This document shows positions 63,575-64,000 of a stretch of 64,000 nucleotides of DNA, piece by piece (the first letter of the stretch is position 1; each line of letters starts with the position of its first letter). Where the stretch lies: NCBI RefSeq assembly GCF_011386835.1, contig NC_088814.1, forward strand, positions 1,178,001-1,242,000, in the 5' to 3' direction. The notes under the pieces are model-generated. The model searched no databases. It had not been told where the DNA came from and saw nothing but the letters and a program-made list of their open reading frames with translations. The stretch comes from Chrysemys picta bellii (taxonomy: Eukaryota). Position numbers and translations under genes: made by a program.

Positions 63575-63647
63575 CTGCTTCTGCCTTTCCTGCCTGTGGG
63601 CATTGCGCTCAGCAGGGCGGCTAGCCCCAGCTCTGCGGCTGAACACC
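63575..63647 (-). other. Candidate upstream exon of the C2orf66-like gene
   Basis: Acceptor ACCTTCCTGCAG and donor CAG|GTAGGT bound a 73-nt exon. The ATG exon has its own strong acceptor (TTCTCTTCTGTTACAG, exon start 62688), which implies an upstream exon exists. Confidence 0.45.
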
Positions 63648-64000
63648 CTGCAGGAAGGTCAGCCCAGTGACGTGATTTGTGTGAGGGGCTGCAGAGGCTC
63701 TGCTGAATTATTATTAGTTCTCAGCAACTCATCCTGAAGCCTTTTAGTGGGAAAAAGTCCTAAAGTTTCCTAAGCAGAGAGTCTTTGCTAACCCTGCTGC
63801 CAGCCGACAGGTTCACCTCTGGGGGGCCCTGGATGGCAAGCGGCTTGCTTTGATTTAAACAGTGGTGAGAAGGATGGGGGCCATAAGACAGCCGTGAGTT
63901 AGCCCCGAAAAGCAGCCAGGCGACCCGGCCCCCCTGTAATTTGAGCACCGCTGCGGGGTTGATAGAGCCGGTCCCAGGAGTCCCTCCTCCCTCCTTTCCT

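Noticed and set aside
57100-64000. Expected HSD17B1, the human upstream neighbour of COASY
   Set aside because: I recognised no SDR motifs or HSD17B1-like exons. It may lie beyond the window end, so absence here is not evidence of loss.

Overview
This is vertebrate genomic DNA, almost certainly from a turtle: it carries a tRNA-head/CR1-tail SINE of the tortoise type, plus CR1 and hAT MITE families typical of turtles. The block is syntenic to human 17q21.2. I reconstructed six intron-containing genes by hand, with GT-AG junctions and consistent reading phases: RETREG3 (+, exons 2-9, 5' end outside the window), PSMC3IP/HOP2 (+, 220 aa), MLX (-, 245 aa), a 5-exon COQ10-family gene (-, 236 aa), COASY (-, 547 aa) and a small secreted C2orf66-like gene (-, 91 aa). 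The last gene is invisible in the ORF track because its conserved motif is split by an intron. To my knowledge the COQ10-like and C2orf66-like genes have no counterpart at human 17q21. Their human relatives COQ10B and C2orf66 both lie at 2q33.1, so these look like whole-genome-duplication ohnologs retained on the HOXB-linked chromosome. The other standout is a ~4.1-kb tandem array starting ~370 bp upstream of the MLX start codon, whose core GGGTCA-TCTG-AGGTCA is a textbook DR4 nuclear-receptor element (LXR/TR:RXR type). Most long ORFs in the track are artefacts of GC-rich tandem repeats. Comparisons with human proteins and map positions come from memory; no searches were run.
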